Assembly (NCBI GenBank): GCA_052426225.1
Contig: JBNJNM010000012.1
Span: 1,612,001 to 1,676,000 of the forward strand
Length of the DNA stretch: 64,000 nucleotides
Direction of reading: 5' to 3'
Source: Zancudomyces culisetae HAW-14-8
Taxonomy: Eukaryota; Fungi; Kickxellomycota
Made by a program: the position numbers and the translations under genes. The notes below the pieces were generated by a model. That model saw only the letters and a program-made list of their open reading frames with translations. It was not told the origin of the DNA and made no database searches. Positions 1 through 12,669 of this stretch are shown here, piece after piece (position 1 is the stretch's first letter; the number at the start of each line of letters is the position of its first letter).

Positions 1-839
1 TACCAATCTTTTAATATGACTATAATAATTCTTACTCACTCCAAATTGACATATTTATATTTTCTATTAATATCACCCATTCCATATTTCTTCCCTTCTC
101 TCCTCTCTTCTTTTTAGCACCATTTCTTTTCTCCTTTTCTTTACTACTGATCTCTCCTCAATACAATGATCTTATCGATTAAAAATCGATACTATGTTGC
201 AATTTGTGTACACTAGTAAATTCCACAACAACCACGATTACACCCAGCTCTTAATGGTATTACATAAATTAATTGTCTTAGTATACAATCAATATAGCGC
301 CACATTTTTTCAATTTAACTTTTAGCTTTTTTTTTTTGAATACATCATAATTGGCAGCGATGATAAATCGTACGATACATTTATACAAAGAGATGAATAG
401 AGAAGAGATAAAGGATACTTGTTCGGTTAATATAACCTGTTCCATTTGTTAACACCTTACACAAAACCTAGGGTATTTGAGCTTAATTGAAGTGCAGAAA
501 TTTTGATTTTCATTAAAAAGTCAGGTGCTCAAAATACGTTATTCTCGGTAATTGCATTATTGATTTAATCATCCAAACCTGGCTAACTTGTCTAACTTTA
601 ACTTTTCATTTTAACCCCCCGCCCACCTCACCTCAAAAAAAAATTAATAAAATTCTACTTGATCGATATGAAATCATATCGACGAGGAGAGAAGGGATGC
701 TAAGAAGAGAGAGAGAGAAGAAGGGTGTTGATAAGATCAATTTGGAAAAGCAATAGTGTATTTTCTTTCCAATAGGGTATTAAAGATACATTCGAATTCC
801 TCTCTCTTTCTCCCGCAACTTTCCAACTTTCCACCTTTT

Positions 840-1035
840 CAACTCTCAACTCTTGACTCTCAACTCCCAACTCTCAACTCCCAACTCTCAACTCCCAACT
901 CTCAACTCCCAACTCTCAACTCCCAACTCTCAACTCCCAACTCTCAACTCCCAACTCTCAACTCCCAACTCTCAACTCCCAACTCTCAACTCCCAACTCC
1001 CAACTCTCAACTCCCAACTCCCAACTCTCAACTCT
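840..1035. repeat. Minisatellite of 28 heptamers, mostly alternating CAACTCT/CAACTCC (14-bp higher-order unit)
   Basis: Read directly from the sequence. One variant unit (TGACTCT); degenerate CAACTTT-type units precede it at 816-839. Confidence 0.97.
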
Positions 1036-4000
1036 CCTCCGCCGCTCTCTCTACTTCTCCACCCATCTACATTTCCCGTTTTATCGATAACGGTGAGTCC
1101 AAATATACATTTACAGGCCTTTTTAAATAACTTTGGCCAAATAATAAATTTTACCCACCTTTTCAAAGTTGATTTATTACTTTAAGCTCAAAGCTTGAGT
1201 GAGTTGATCATTAATTAATAACCAATTTGACACTTTTGCTGGAAATCACCACAACCACCAATCGTTTTCTTATTTATGCGCAGGATGGGATGAAGGAAGG
1301 TGTTCGGAAATAAATAAAACAGAGTAGTTTAACAAGTCAGGGGGTATCAGAATTGAGTGGTGGTAATGACAATGACAATGGTAATGGTAATGGTGGTGGC
1401 CACCAACAAATAATCAAATGCTTTTCTAATATACTAAACCGGTTTTTTTTTCTTTTGTTGAGGTATTTGCGCTTATTTGTGCCATTATTTGCAAATACAA
1501 AAACTATCCCGATTTGGAATATACAAAACCAACCCGAAGCCCACATTTCTCACCCCCATCCCCATTCCCCAATTTCCTTTTATTATTTTGCATTTAATGT
1601 TATTTATATAAGGTGGTTATTGGGTTATTTTGGTACATTTAGCTTGTGAAAAAATAAATTTGGTTAACAGGGCATTTACTATATTATCCCGTAAAAATGT
1701 ATTTGGTACATTATAGTGTCACCCATCCCATATATCCCGTTTTTTTTTCGTTTTCGGGATTGACGGAACCACTAAATGCTCGGTTTATCTGAATGAACCA
1801 GTTTAATAACTGTATATGCTAAATACTTTTTGTACCACTCTATCCTTTTTTTCTATTTCAAATCGGAATTGTTATACAAAACGCATTATTTTTATTCCGG
1901 GGAAAACTCTAATTCAAGCGATTTTGCTAAAACTAAAACGTGCCATTTTCATTATAATTTGCGATACGAAAGAAGTAAGAAGGACTGACAGCAAGTTGAG
2001 AGAGTGGGCTCAAACACCCCCCCCCTCTCCCTTGGTTTTCACAGTCTGTTACCTTTTACCTGTTATCTTTTACCTTTTGCACCACTTTTCTTCATATTGC
2101 TATTTTCTCGGGTGAGCTGGTTTTTGGTGGTACAGTAACAGTCGTTGCACATAACACTTGTAGCAAATAACAAATACAGATAATTCAATTGCTCCGAGTA
2201 TGTGTATACAGTGATATGCAGCTGATTTTTACCACGCCTTTTCTTTTATTTTGAACACAAAGTGAATAAAAAAAAGACTTATTTTTTTTGGAATATATTA
2301 AAAAGATATCCACAGACTAAACTTATCGTGGAAAAATTGTAGATAAGGAAACAATGGATATGAAAAATAGTGTAATAGTTTGGTCATTGTCTTGGTTCAT
2401 TCGCGAGCTGAACATCGTAAACTTATACAAGTTAAATTGTACAACTGAAATGAATAAAACTTTTAATTGCTCAGCTACATATCAATAGTCCAAACAGAAG
2501 TTTATGTTTTTTCTTCAAAGAGATAAGAGTATAATAAATTATACAAGCATTCAAAGGCTCGATCACAGCTCAATAATTTCGGATATTCCCATAGAACAAT
2601 GATAATAGCTACCATTGGGTTTATGATACATACCCACTTTTTTGTTTGTGTTTGTGCTTGTGTTTTTGAGTATGTTTTTTTGTTTTGATTGTAGTTATAT
2701 CATCTAAGTTCTAGAATAAATTAATTTATCAAAGTGGGTGGGCATTCGAGACAAAATTTCCACAAGTGTCGAGTTTTCTCACCAAAGATAACAAACAGCG
2801 AAAACAGTGAAGGAGTTTGGATTGTATAGTCGCAATTTTATATGGCAATTAACAATAAATGGCAAGTGCAGGTTGTAATATATCCAGAAAAGGCTAAAGT
2901 TGGGCTAAATTATTTGCAAAATTAGGGCAATCATTTAAAGTGTTTTTTTGTGAAAAAAAAAACCTTCCGTATTTTTTACGAACCCGGGTACAGATTCCTG
3001 TTAATGGTTATTGTGGCAGTATGAAAATCGCGCGAGCCCAAGCCAAAAGTGATATCAGTAGTAGAATATTTATCAAGAGCAGAGCTTTAATGTGGAAGAT
3101 AAAGGCAAACATTACTTCATCTCTGATATTGGGGATAATTTAATTTCCATTTAGATTGTGCAGTTTAATATATCACCATCTCCCCCAAATTCAAACTGAT
3201 TGTTTCAAATAATAAATAGCATCTATTAAAATTAACAAAGAAGAGAAGGGTAGACAAAGGAGAAAGGAGAGGAAAGAGGGGAAAGGTGTTATAAACAAGA
3301 GTCAACATGTGATTTTCGGTAAAATCAAGAATAGTGATGTGAAATTAGTTATTTCGCATTTCTCTTTACGCCATACATATAAAAATAAATTCCGGGATGG
3401 CTGGGGAATACGTAACAAATATAAAGAGAAAAGCGGGTTGAGAAAAGGGGGGGGGGCAAGGAGTTTAGAATGTTACTGGTCTTTTTGATCACAGCTAATA
3501 GAAAAGCAAGGGAAATTCAAAATATAGGAGAATTTCTTTAAGTATCATTGTTTTGTTCAGCAAGACGGAGAACGTTTCAGAAAAAAAAAAGTTGAAAAGG
3601 GGAGGGCAAAGACGTTGTACTTTGAACAATCCTATACACCAAAATTTTAATTATTCCTTTTACTATTTCTGCGTTTATTAGATTACATAGTTAAAGCAGT
3701 GTTAGCATTGAGGCTGATATGACCTCAATTTTCCACTGAGATGATTAGTTTAAAAAAAAAATTTTTTTTCAAACCAAATTGTACGTAGACAAGTTAGATT
3801 GATTTTACCCCTAGTTAGATTTGTTTTAGCAGTAGAAACAAACGTCGATTTGTAAGCGCTAAAATTGATCATGGTTTGCAAATATCCGCTTTGATGAAAA
3901 TATAAGAATTGGCGTGGTTTTCAGTGATAAATGCCCGAGAATTTGACCCAACCTTAAGTTTGCGATGTAAATCAAAAGCTGAAAACCAAGTACAACAGTA

Positions 4001-5776
4001 ATATCAGAGAAGTGGTGGAACAGGGGGGAGGAATAGTATGGGAAGAGAAAATGAACCAAGTTTTTGATTCTTGTATACTCTGGGTCGTATACTAAAAATC
4101 AAGACAGGCTTGAATTGGAGCGCATGGTAAAACGTGGAATTATTTAAGAACAGCCTTCTCGTTCTATGCAACCAAATTATAGGATAATATCTGTCCAAAT
4201 ATAGCCAGCAATTAAGGCAAAGAGAATAAATATAATAGTTTTAGGATTAAGTCACCATGACAAACAAAGGAAGGCGCATTGGTAGTAATCAAACGAAAAA
4301 ACCAATATGTTTGATAAAAAAGAGGAGAGAATACCCTTTTCCTGTAGAAATCGGCTGTAAAATGTAACTCGCCAATTATGTAAACCGCAGATTTGTAATT
4401 TATGACATAACATCAAGCTAAAATATGATAAATCTCGGATGCACAACCATAAAGTCATTTGGCGAAAACTAATAGCAATTTTGACAATAATTTGCTAAGA
4501 TACGATTAGTTGAAAAGCTAAATAACAAAAAAAAAAGTAAAGTACGGTCACACAATACTCTGCCAATGGGAATATTGATGTTGAATTGAATGCAAGCAAA
4601 ACTAAATCCACTAGCGAAATAAATTAAGATACAGTGAGTTTGTAAACAAAATTTCGTTACAAAAAGCAAGGAGCTCCTACTTTTTTTTTTCAAAATAAAT
4701 AATTCCATTGTTTTAATGAATATGACCAATTAAAGGCCTAGAAAATAAAAAGTAGGAAATTCAATGTTTCAAATGTAAATAAAGCTAGTTTAATGGTTCA
4801 GAGTGTTTGTTGATCAAACTGATTTGGATGGAGTGATAGAAACTGTGAGCATAATATTTATATGTTTTTTTACCTGTTTATAGTGATTTATTTGTATAGT
4901 TTCTAGCAATTTCACTAGCAATATTAATTTTTTTTATTATATTGCAATTTCATGGTGAGGTTTTGAATAAACATAGTTTGTAGTGATAAATTCAAAGGTG
5001 GAAATTCAGCAATATAAAAAAATACGTGGTTAACAACCTTATAAAATCATAAATAGAAAAGTTTAATAGATGAGTTGTTACATAAAGGAAAACAGGACAA
5101 AAAACGTTTATTTATTTGAGAGATACTAAAGGGTGCAAAAAAAAACTAATTGGGTAAAAGGCGTTTATTTGTAATAAGAGGCTACCAGAACCATCAACAA
5201 ACACATACGAAAAAAAAAGTACCAACTATTAGAATTACACAATATTAAAGCTGATAAGTGAAAATTTTTTTTCTTTTTTTGCCATAAATCGGAAACGTTC
5301 TGAATAATATAAGGAAGGGTAGAAGCATACATAAATAGAGTAAACATCCCCCTCGATTTCAGAGTAAAAAAAATAACCACTTTTTTTTCTAAAGATATAT
5401 TTTTCTGACGATAAGATTTTAATGGAAGAGAAAGAGTCTAGAAGCATAAAAGCAAAGACGCTTGTTTAGGTTGTTAATTTTTTTGAAACCAAAGGAATAT
5501 ATAATTGCAGTCAACGTACACAAGACTGATAAGGTGACATAAGGGAAAGTAAAAATCTTTCGGTAACCTCGGGAAATTTTTGATTTTGTTAGAACAAAAG
5601 AAAACATATTTTTTGAACGTACTTGTAGAGTTCGTGACCAGTTAGGTAGATTAATAGATAGTCCTTTATTTTTCTTTGTACGGCGGAATCTTAAAAGGCA
5701 CTATACGGGTCGATTCTTAAACCATAAAGAAAAAACAAAATATCTGCTAGAACTAAGCTAACAAACTAAAAAAAAG

Positions 5777-8491
5777 ATGGAAGAAAAGAAGGCAGTCGAG
5801 TTTGAAGAACACGTTCATCATGAACACAAGGAGGATATCCCAGAAGAGCTTGAAGCACTTCTGCATACACCACCACTAGAGGGATTGGACGATAATGAGC
5901 ACCAAAAGCGTCTCAAGCAGTTTGGATTGAATGAGATTCCAGAGAAGAAGAGAAATCCTATTTTGCACTTCCTTTCATTCTTTACCGGATCCATTGCGTA
6001 CCTGATTATTATGGCCTTTATCCTTACAGCAGTTGTACAAGATTGGACAGATTTTGCTATCATTGGTGTACTTTTGATTGTTAACGCAGTTATTGGATGG
6101 TATGAGGAAAGCAAAGCTGGTGCAGCCATCGATGCCTTGAAAAAGACCCTGGCTTCAAAGAGCAAGGTATGGAGAAACTCTAAGCTTGTTGAAGTTGAAT
6201 CAAACACACTCGTACCAGGAGACGTTATTGTAGTCAGATTGGGAGACATTATTCCAGCCGATGCCAGATTGTTGGGTATTGGTGTAGATGGTGCAAAGAC
6301 AGAGGTTGACTTGCTTGTTGACCAAGCCGGACTTACAGGAGAATCATTGCCAGTATCAAAGAACAAGGGAGACACAATCTATTCATCATCAATCTGTAAA
6401 CAAGGACAAATGTTGGCAGTTGTAACAAAGACAGGAATCAACACATTTATTGGAAGAGCAGCCAACCTTATGTCTATTACCAACGAACAAGGACATTTCC
6501 AAAAGATTATCAACACCATTGGTAACTTTTTGGTATACATCACAGTAGCTATGGTTCTTATCATCTTGGTATACCTTTTGGTTAGTATCAAGGTAAAGAC
6601 CAAAAAATTGACTTCAGATAACGTTTTCACCGCCCTTCAAGATGTTGTAGTGTTGACAGTCGCAGCTATTCCAGTAGGATTGCCAACCGTACTTTCAGTT
6701 ACTATGGCTCTCGGAGCCAAACAACTTTCAAAGAAACAGGTTATTGTCAAGAGATTGACAGCTGTTGAAGAAATGGCCTCTGTAACCATCTTGTGCTCAG
6801 ACAAAACCGGAACTCTTACGCTCAACAAACTTACTTTTGATGATCCATTCCTCAAGCCAGGATTCAGCAAAGATGATATCCTCTTCTACTCTTACCTTGC
6901 CGCCGAACCAGGAGCTGCTGATCCAATTGAATTGGCTGTACGTACCGCAGCTGTAGCCTCAGTTCCAGTTCTTCAAAACCTCGATTCTCACGTTGTTCCA
7001 GGATACAAAGTTACCTCTTTCTTGCCATTCAATCCATCCACCAAGATGACTCAAGCTACCATTTTGAACGAATCTACTGGTGAATCATTCAGAGTATCCA
7101 AGGGTGCTCCTCAGGTTATTGTCAAACTCGTCGGTGGTGATGATGAAGCTGTCACCGCTGTAAACAATCTTGCTCGTCGTGGTCTTCGTGCTCTTGGTGT
7201 TGCCATTACTAAACCAAACACCACAGAAGACTGGCAACTTGTTGGTATGATTTCTCTCCTCGACCCTCCACGTGAAGACTCTGCTGAAACTATCCGTCGC
7301 TGTCAAGAACTCGGTGTAACTGTAAAGATGGTTACTGGTGATCAGTTGATCATTGCCAAGGAAGTTGCCATGCGTCTTGGAATGCAACGTGCCATTCTCG
7401 ATGCCACAAGTCTTGTTGATCCTGATATTACTGAAGATGAACTTGCTCTCCGTTGTATTCACGCTGATGGATTTGCTCAAGTTATTCCTGAACACAAATA
7501 CCGTGTAGTCGAACTCCTCCAAAACCGTGGTATCCTTGTAGGTATGACTGGTGATGGTGTCAATGATGCTCCAGCTCTCAAGAAGGCCAACGTAGGTATT
7601 GCTGTCCACGACTGTACTGATGCTGCCCGTGCTGCCGCCGATATTGTCTTGTTGGCTCCAGGTCTCTCAACCATTGTTGATGGTATCTACACCTCCCGTG
7701 CTATTTTCCAACGTATGAGATCATATGCTCTTTACCGTATCGCCTCAACTGTTCACTTCTTGTTGTTCTTCTTCACTGTTACTCTTGCCTATGGATGGCA
7801 AATGAATCCTCTTCTCCTTATCTTGATTTGTGTACTCAACGACGCTGCTACCCTCGTTATTGCTGTAGATAACACCCAAGTCTCTCAAAGACCCGACAAA
7901 TGGAGAATTGGTCAACTCATCACTCTTTCCATCATTCTCGGTGCACTTTTGTGTATTCTTACTTACGCCGTCTTCTTTACTGCTCACTTCGGATTTGACA
8001 TTCCAATTCCCTCAAAGGTATTCGAAAGAGAATTCGATGATAAGCGCATGCAATCCATTGTCTACCTCAACATCTCATCAGCTCCTCACTTTGTTATTTT
8101 CTCTACCCGTCTTGGTGGCTTCTTCTGGGAGAGCTTGCCATCCGTTCTCTTTACCGTCGTAATTCTTGCCACCCAGGTTGTTGCTACCTTCTTGGTCGCC
8201 TTTGGTATTGATGATCTTATTCCAAAGATTGGTTGGGGTTGGGGCTTGTCTCTCTTGGGTATTTCACTCGTGTACTTTGTCTTCCTAGACTTTGTCAAGG
8301 TTATGGTCTTCCGTACCTGGTCATTCGAGCTTACAGTTAAGCTTTGGCCATCAAGCTCTAGACAAAGCAAGTTGAAGTTGAAGAAGTCTCGTTTGATTAT
8401 TGATGAGCGCATCAAGCACAACGTTGACAAACTTAGAAGGGGTATTGAAGCTGCCAACGCTGTTGAAGCTTTCAAGGCTGGTTTGAGATAA
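5777..8491 (+). CDS. PMA1: Plasma-membrane H+-ATPase (P3A P-type ATPase), 904 aa, single exon
   Basis: Motifs LTGES, CSDKTGTLT (phosphorylated Asp), KGAP, DPPRED, MVTGD, MTGDGVNDAPALKKA and IPVGLP, with multiple hydrophobic TM segments. Confidence 0.97.
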   Translation: MEEKKAVEFEEHVHHEHKEDIPEELEALLHTPPLEGLDDNEHQKRLKQFGLNEIPEKKRNPILHFLSFFTGSIAYLIIMAFILTAVVQDWTDFAIIGVLLIVNAVIGWYEESKAGAAIDALKKTLASKSKVWRNSKLVEVESNTLVPGDVIVVRLGDIIPADARLLGIGVDGAKTEVDLLVDQAGLTGESLPVSKNKGDTIYSSSICKQGQMLAVVTKTGINTFIGRAANLMSITNEQGHFQKIINTIGNFLVYITVAMVLIILVYLLVSIKVKTKKLTSDNVFTALQDVVVLTVAAIPVGLPTVLSVTMALGAKQLSKKQVIVKRLTAVEEMASVTILCSDKTGTLTLNKLTFDDPFLKPGFSKDDILFYSYLAAEPGAADPIELAVRTAAVASVPVLQNLDSHVVPGYKVTSFLPFNPSTKMTQATILNESTGESFRVSKGAPQVIVKLVGGDDEAVTAVNNLARRGLRALGVAITKPNTTEDWQLVGMISLLDPPREDSAETIRRCQELGVTVKMVTGDQLIIAKEVAMRLGMQRAILDATSLVDPDITEDELALRCIHADGFAQVIPEHKYRVVELLQNRGILVGMTGDGVNDAPALKKANVGIAVHDCTDAARAAADIVLLAPGLSTIVDGIYTSRAIFQRMRSYALYRIASTVHFLLFFFTVTLAYGWQMNPLLLILICVLNDAATLVIAVDNTQVSQRPDKWRIGQLITLSIILGALLCILTYAVFFTAHFGFDIPIPSKVFEREFDDKRMQSIVYLNISSAPHFVIFSTRLGGFFWESLPSVLFTVVILATQVVATFLVAFGIDDLIPKIGWGWGLSLLGISLVYFVFLDFVKVMVFRTWSFELTVKLWPSSSRQSKLKLKKSRLIIDERIKHNVDKLRRGIEAANAVEAFKAGLR

Positions 8492-9124
8492 TCATTTTAC
8501 TTCCCCTATTCATATTTTTATCACCTTCAAATGTTGATATTTCGGTTATTAACCTTATTATCTTATGCTTTGTAGATCTGTTTTACTCTTAATATTTAAT
8601 TTTTTCTTTACAAAGTGTAGCCTACCTAAAATAAATTTTTTTATATAAAGTATATTTTGCTTCTCCTCTTTCAATTTACATTTTATATTCGTTGTAGCTT
8701 TCTAAACCCTTTATTTAAATGCTTTTCTCTTGATCCTTTATTCGCAGATTAGGGGGGGGGAAGCCGTGGATAGTGTTTAAAAAGGGAAAATCAATATATT
8801 TATTCCACACGATTTCAGTCATGTACATTGTACTTTTTTTCCCCACATACTGCCACTAATTAATTGCTTGGTAGCTCCAACTTTTTACAACCCAGTCAAA
8901 TTTTTCATTATCCTACACTAGACTTGAGAAATTATTTCGCAACACATTATAAACACACATCAAAAATTTTTTTTTAGTTGATTAGGTTTGTATATATTCA
9001 AACACATCATTTATGTTGCTAGTTAATATTTAATTCCAGAGATCGATCAACGAATTACACTACATATTTGACTGGCATCCTGGAGTAGGAAGAGCGAAGA
9101 AGGAAGAGGTAAAAGAAAAAAATC

Positions 9125-11332
9125 ATGGAAAAATACAAGGTAAAATAATGTTGATACCAATATAAAAATCTTGTGGCATTTATTCTTTTCCATTGTTGGT
9201 TGGCAAACTAAACCCGAAATTGAATAATATATAAGCAGGAACCAAAAGAAAAGACTGATGCTTTAACATCAAAGATGGAGTACGGACAACACCTCGTGTT
9301 TGAATCAAACAGAATCTACAAAGGAGTAGACCGATCAAAAGTGATGATTTCCGATTTTTTAAGGTAAATTATATTCATCAACGTTGTAGTTACTGTTCTA
9401 GTATAAACAGTAAAAACAGTGTAAGAAAAAAATTGAGTATTAATTCATAATAGGGATATAAGTGAGAAACTCGGAATTGTCGAGCAGTATATTGGGGAAA
9501 TAAATCAATGCCTAGTCGACGAGTATGTTCGTCTCAAGGACAGCAATACGGTGCAACTACTAGAACAATATCAATTGATGCATTGCATTTTCCATATCTT
9601 TCAAATATTTCACGGATGTCATCCAATGAGAGAACCAAAAGACAGAATTGTCACTATTGCAGGCATAAACCACGAATTTTATAGTTTCTCTCAAAAACTG
9701 ATTGAGTGGTATGAATTTAACTATCCATGCCAAATCCCACAAAAAGAAAAGCGAGGAATTAGGGTTTTGAGGTATTTGGTCAGAGGAAATATGAGAGAAG
9801 CAACAGTTGTGATGGAGAAAATAAAAAGAGATTTGGTAGAACCCAGCCAAAGCAAGCATAAACTATCGGCAAAAAAAAGAAAAATGATATTAGAAACTAT
9901 ACAGAATTTGGTACTAGCGTTACATGAATACTCGGATATTCGTGAGTTGGTAGGAAAAACAACTGTGGCAGGCGTAGTGGATATCCAGGAAACAAAACGC
10001 TTGAGTAGGGCACACAAACTATGGTACCAAAAGCTACAGCTACTGGATAGCAGCATTTCAATAGTGGAATTTACAGGATTTGAATGGATTAAACTTGCCA
10101 CAGGCGTTTTGGTGGGTGATAAATCTCGAATTGCGCTTGTAACCGAAACGTGGATTGAGGCAATGGTTGCAGGACTGTATTACTTTAATGTCAATGTTTC
10201 CAAGATCGATCTCGCCCAACAAGCAAATTGGTATTTAAAAAGCCGTTTGGTAACCGAGGATCTAACCAGTATGTCACTAATCTCCGACAAATTGATAAAT
10301 CTGTTGGTTGAATCTAAATATGATGCCTTTGTAAGGTTGTGTTACAAAGTTGATATGTGGTTTGGTGTTCATATCCATCAATTTGTTTCTGCTTTGGAGC
10401 CAATACTGAACTACTCTGAGAATTCTGAACTCGCTTCTCTAAGGCTAAAAACGCTAGAAAAATACGCTGATTGCATTGCACTAAAGTATGGAAATACCCC
10501 AATGTGGTCTACCACGCTCGATTATTATTACAACTCTGGAGTACTAGCCAAATTTCAGTTGGTTATTTCCAGCCAGCCTGTCGATTCTGAAGTAGCTCTC
10601 AACAACCTTTTAATGATATGTGATTCTTTTGAATCGCCAACTCTAAAAGTTTCAATTCTCAAAAAGTGGATCTTGTATTGTCTGAACAATCTTAGTTCCA
10701 ATCATATTTATCTTGCTCTTACCTCACTATCCTTGCTTGCACCACTATCAAACCACTGCGACTTTGTTTACCTTGTCTTCCTTAAAACACTTCATCTGTT
10801 TATTAATTCAGAAAATACGCTTCATGTTGCCAACCAGATATTTAGTCTGTGCTCTATTACGGATACAGAAAAGGCTCAAATAATTACAAGCGATTTTTTT
10901 ATTGACCAGCTAATCAGGATTTCAGAATTCTACATTAGCCAATCGTACCCCTCTCTGCTTTTGTTACTGGATGTTGATTGCTCTGAAAGCCGATACTCTG
11001 GTATTCCTACATCTCACAGCAGCAACAGCGAATTTTCTTTTGACTCATCAGGACCGAATCTCATTTGGATACTTGTGTTTATTGAATTACTAAAATCATA
11101 TACGGGTCTATCTCACTTTCCATGCTTATCTTTATCATCTAAAGCACAGTTACAAGATATAAAATCCAAAGCCCAGTCTATTCTCAACTACTACTATTTC
11201 ATACACAATTCAACTCCAAATACTGACACCGAATCAAAGAACAAGAAAAAGGAACTCGATTTTGTGTTTTCACCCAAATTTTCCTATTCCAAGGTTGGAG
11301 AGATGATACGCTTATTTATTGATCTCGTTTAA
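9125..11332 (+). CDS. NUP85: Nup85-like nucleoporin (alpha-solenoid), ~670 aa. Exons 9125-9139, 9239-9363, 9454-11332
   Basis: Two GT-AG introns join in frame to the 593-aa ORF, which itself starts at GTG. Segments LVRG, VLVGD..ETWIEAM, DMWFGVH, LRLKTLEKYA and MWSTTLDY recall the Nup85 family. The family assignment is from recognition only. Confidence 0.65.
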
Positions 11333-11695
11333 TGTATCGTTTATTTTTGTTCTTCGTGACATGGTATAATATATTTCGTGTTGTTGTTTGTAATATAACA
11401 TTTTACCTATTCTAACTAATTTAATAACATAATATACAAATTCGAGAATGTGGTTATTAAAGCAGTACTCGATTTATAAAACATAATGATAATTTATAGA
11501 AAGAATTATTGTCCAGGTGACTCTTTTTCTTTATATTTTTTGAAGCTCACACTACTCACTTGAAGAATCAAAACGTTTATAAATACATAATTGCCTGTGT
11601 TTACAAGCACAAAAATAATTTATGTCAGTTGCTACACAAAAATCTTGTAAATTATAGTACTATTATATACTAGTAATAGCAAAAACAAAAAAATT

Positions 11696-11767
11696 GCCCG
11701 GTTAGCTCAATGGTAGAGCGTGAGGCTTTTAACCTCAAGGCTGTGGGTTCGAGCCCCACATCGGGCG
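11696..11767 (+). tRNA. tRNA-Lys(UUU), intronless
   Basis: Acceptor stem GCCCGGT/ATCGGGC, D-arm GCTC-AATGGTA-GAGC, anticodon arm TGAGG-CTTTTAA-CCTCA, T-arm GTGGG-TTCGAGC-CCCAC. Confidence 0.97.
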
Positions 11768-11772
11768 CAGCC

Positions 11773-11787
11773 TTTTGCGTTTTTTTG
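11773..11787 (+). terminator. Pol III oligo-T terminator downstream of tRNA-Lys
   Basis: A TTTT run and a longer T run lie within 20 nt of the tRNA 3' end. Confidence 0.7.
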
Positions 11788-12669
11788 GTTTTTACGTATC
11801 TACAAGTTTATGCTGCCCTTTCCCACCCCTCATCTTTGCATTTATTACCATTTTGGTCTTTGGCGATTTATTGCATAGTATTTTGATAATACACAAACCC
11901 TCGAGATCACGTTAAATTTGAGTTTCAATAAGCTTTTAATTCACTTTTGCATTTTTGTACGAATTAAAAGCGCCATACCATACCCATTTGAATAGTAAAG
12001 GTATACTCATAGTATATCATGTTTAATTTTGAGAGAATGCTCTTATACTGACTCAGCGTTTCGTTGTCTATAACTATCAATTCTGGTTTACAAATGTAAA
12101 GGGGATACACTTTGATTTATTTACCCGTATTTAATATTACCTTCTAGTGAATCAAACTAGAAATCGTAGCAACAGTGACAACGAAAGTGCATAACTAAGG
12201 TACTAACAGCTGCGATCAGCGCTTATGTTGTTGGTATTTAGAGTGATGCTCTATTTTTTATTATTCACATTGTACAAACAGTACTCTCGCAACTCCAAAG
12301 ATCAACATGAGTTCATACTTCTGCTTAGCCATTCGCCACTGTTATTTACATTTTGGTTTATTTACTGTTTCAAATCCTGATTGTATGTACACTGAAATGT
12401 TCAGAGTAATGAACTAAATATAACACGGAATAAATCGTAGTCTTGAGTTGATACTATCAATCCCTAATAATAATACCAATTGAATCTCAAAAAAGTAACA
12501 TAATACTCGACAGAAAGCAGTAGTTTGTTTACACAATACAACATATAGAGTTGCCGTACAGTTGCAAACCCCCTTGTTATTTTTTCTCGAAATCTAGAAA
12601 ATAAAGGATTCTAAAACGCTACTTTATATGCGGATTTTAAAAAACGAACCGTAAAGCCAGTTAGCGAGT

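Noticed and set aside
756-1185. ORFs with (LPTLNSQ/LSTPNSQ)n repeats in several frames
   Set aside because: They result from the stop-free 7-bp minisatellite. Starts are GTG/TTG and there is no coding context.
1360-1400. (AATGAC/AATGGT)n short repeat with ORF 1353-1649
   Set aside because: Simple low-complexity repeat; the ORF has a TTG start and non-coding-like composition.
5818-8475. Multiple minus-strand ORFs inside PMA1 (similar antisense ORFs occur in iPGM, WDR26 and ESA1)
   Set aside because: Antisense shadows caused by codon bias; no independent motifs.
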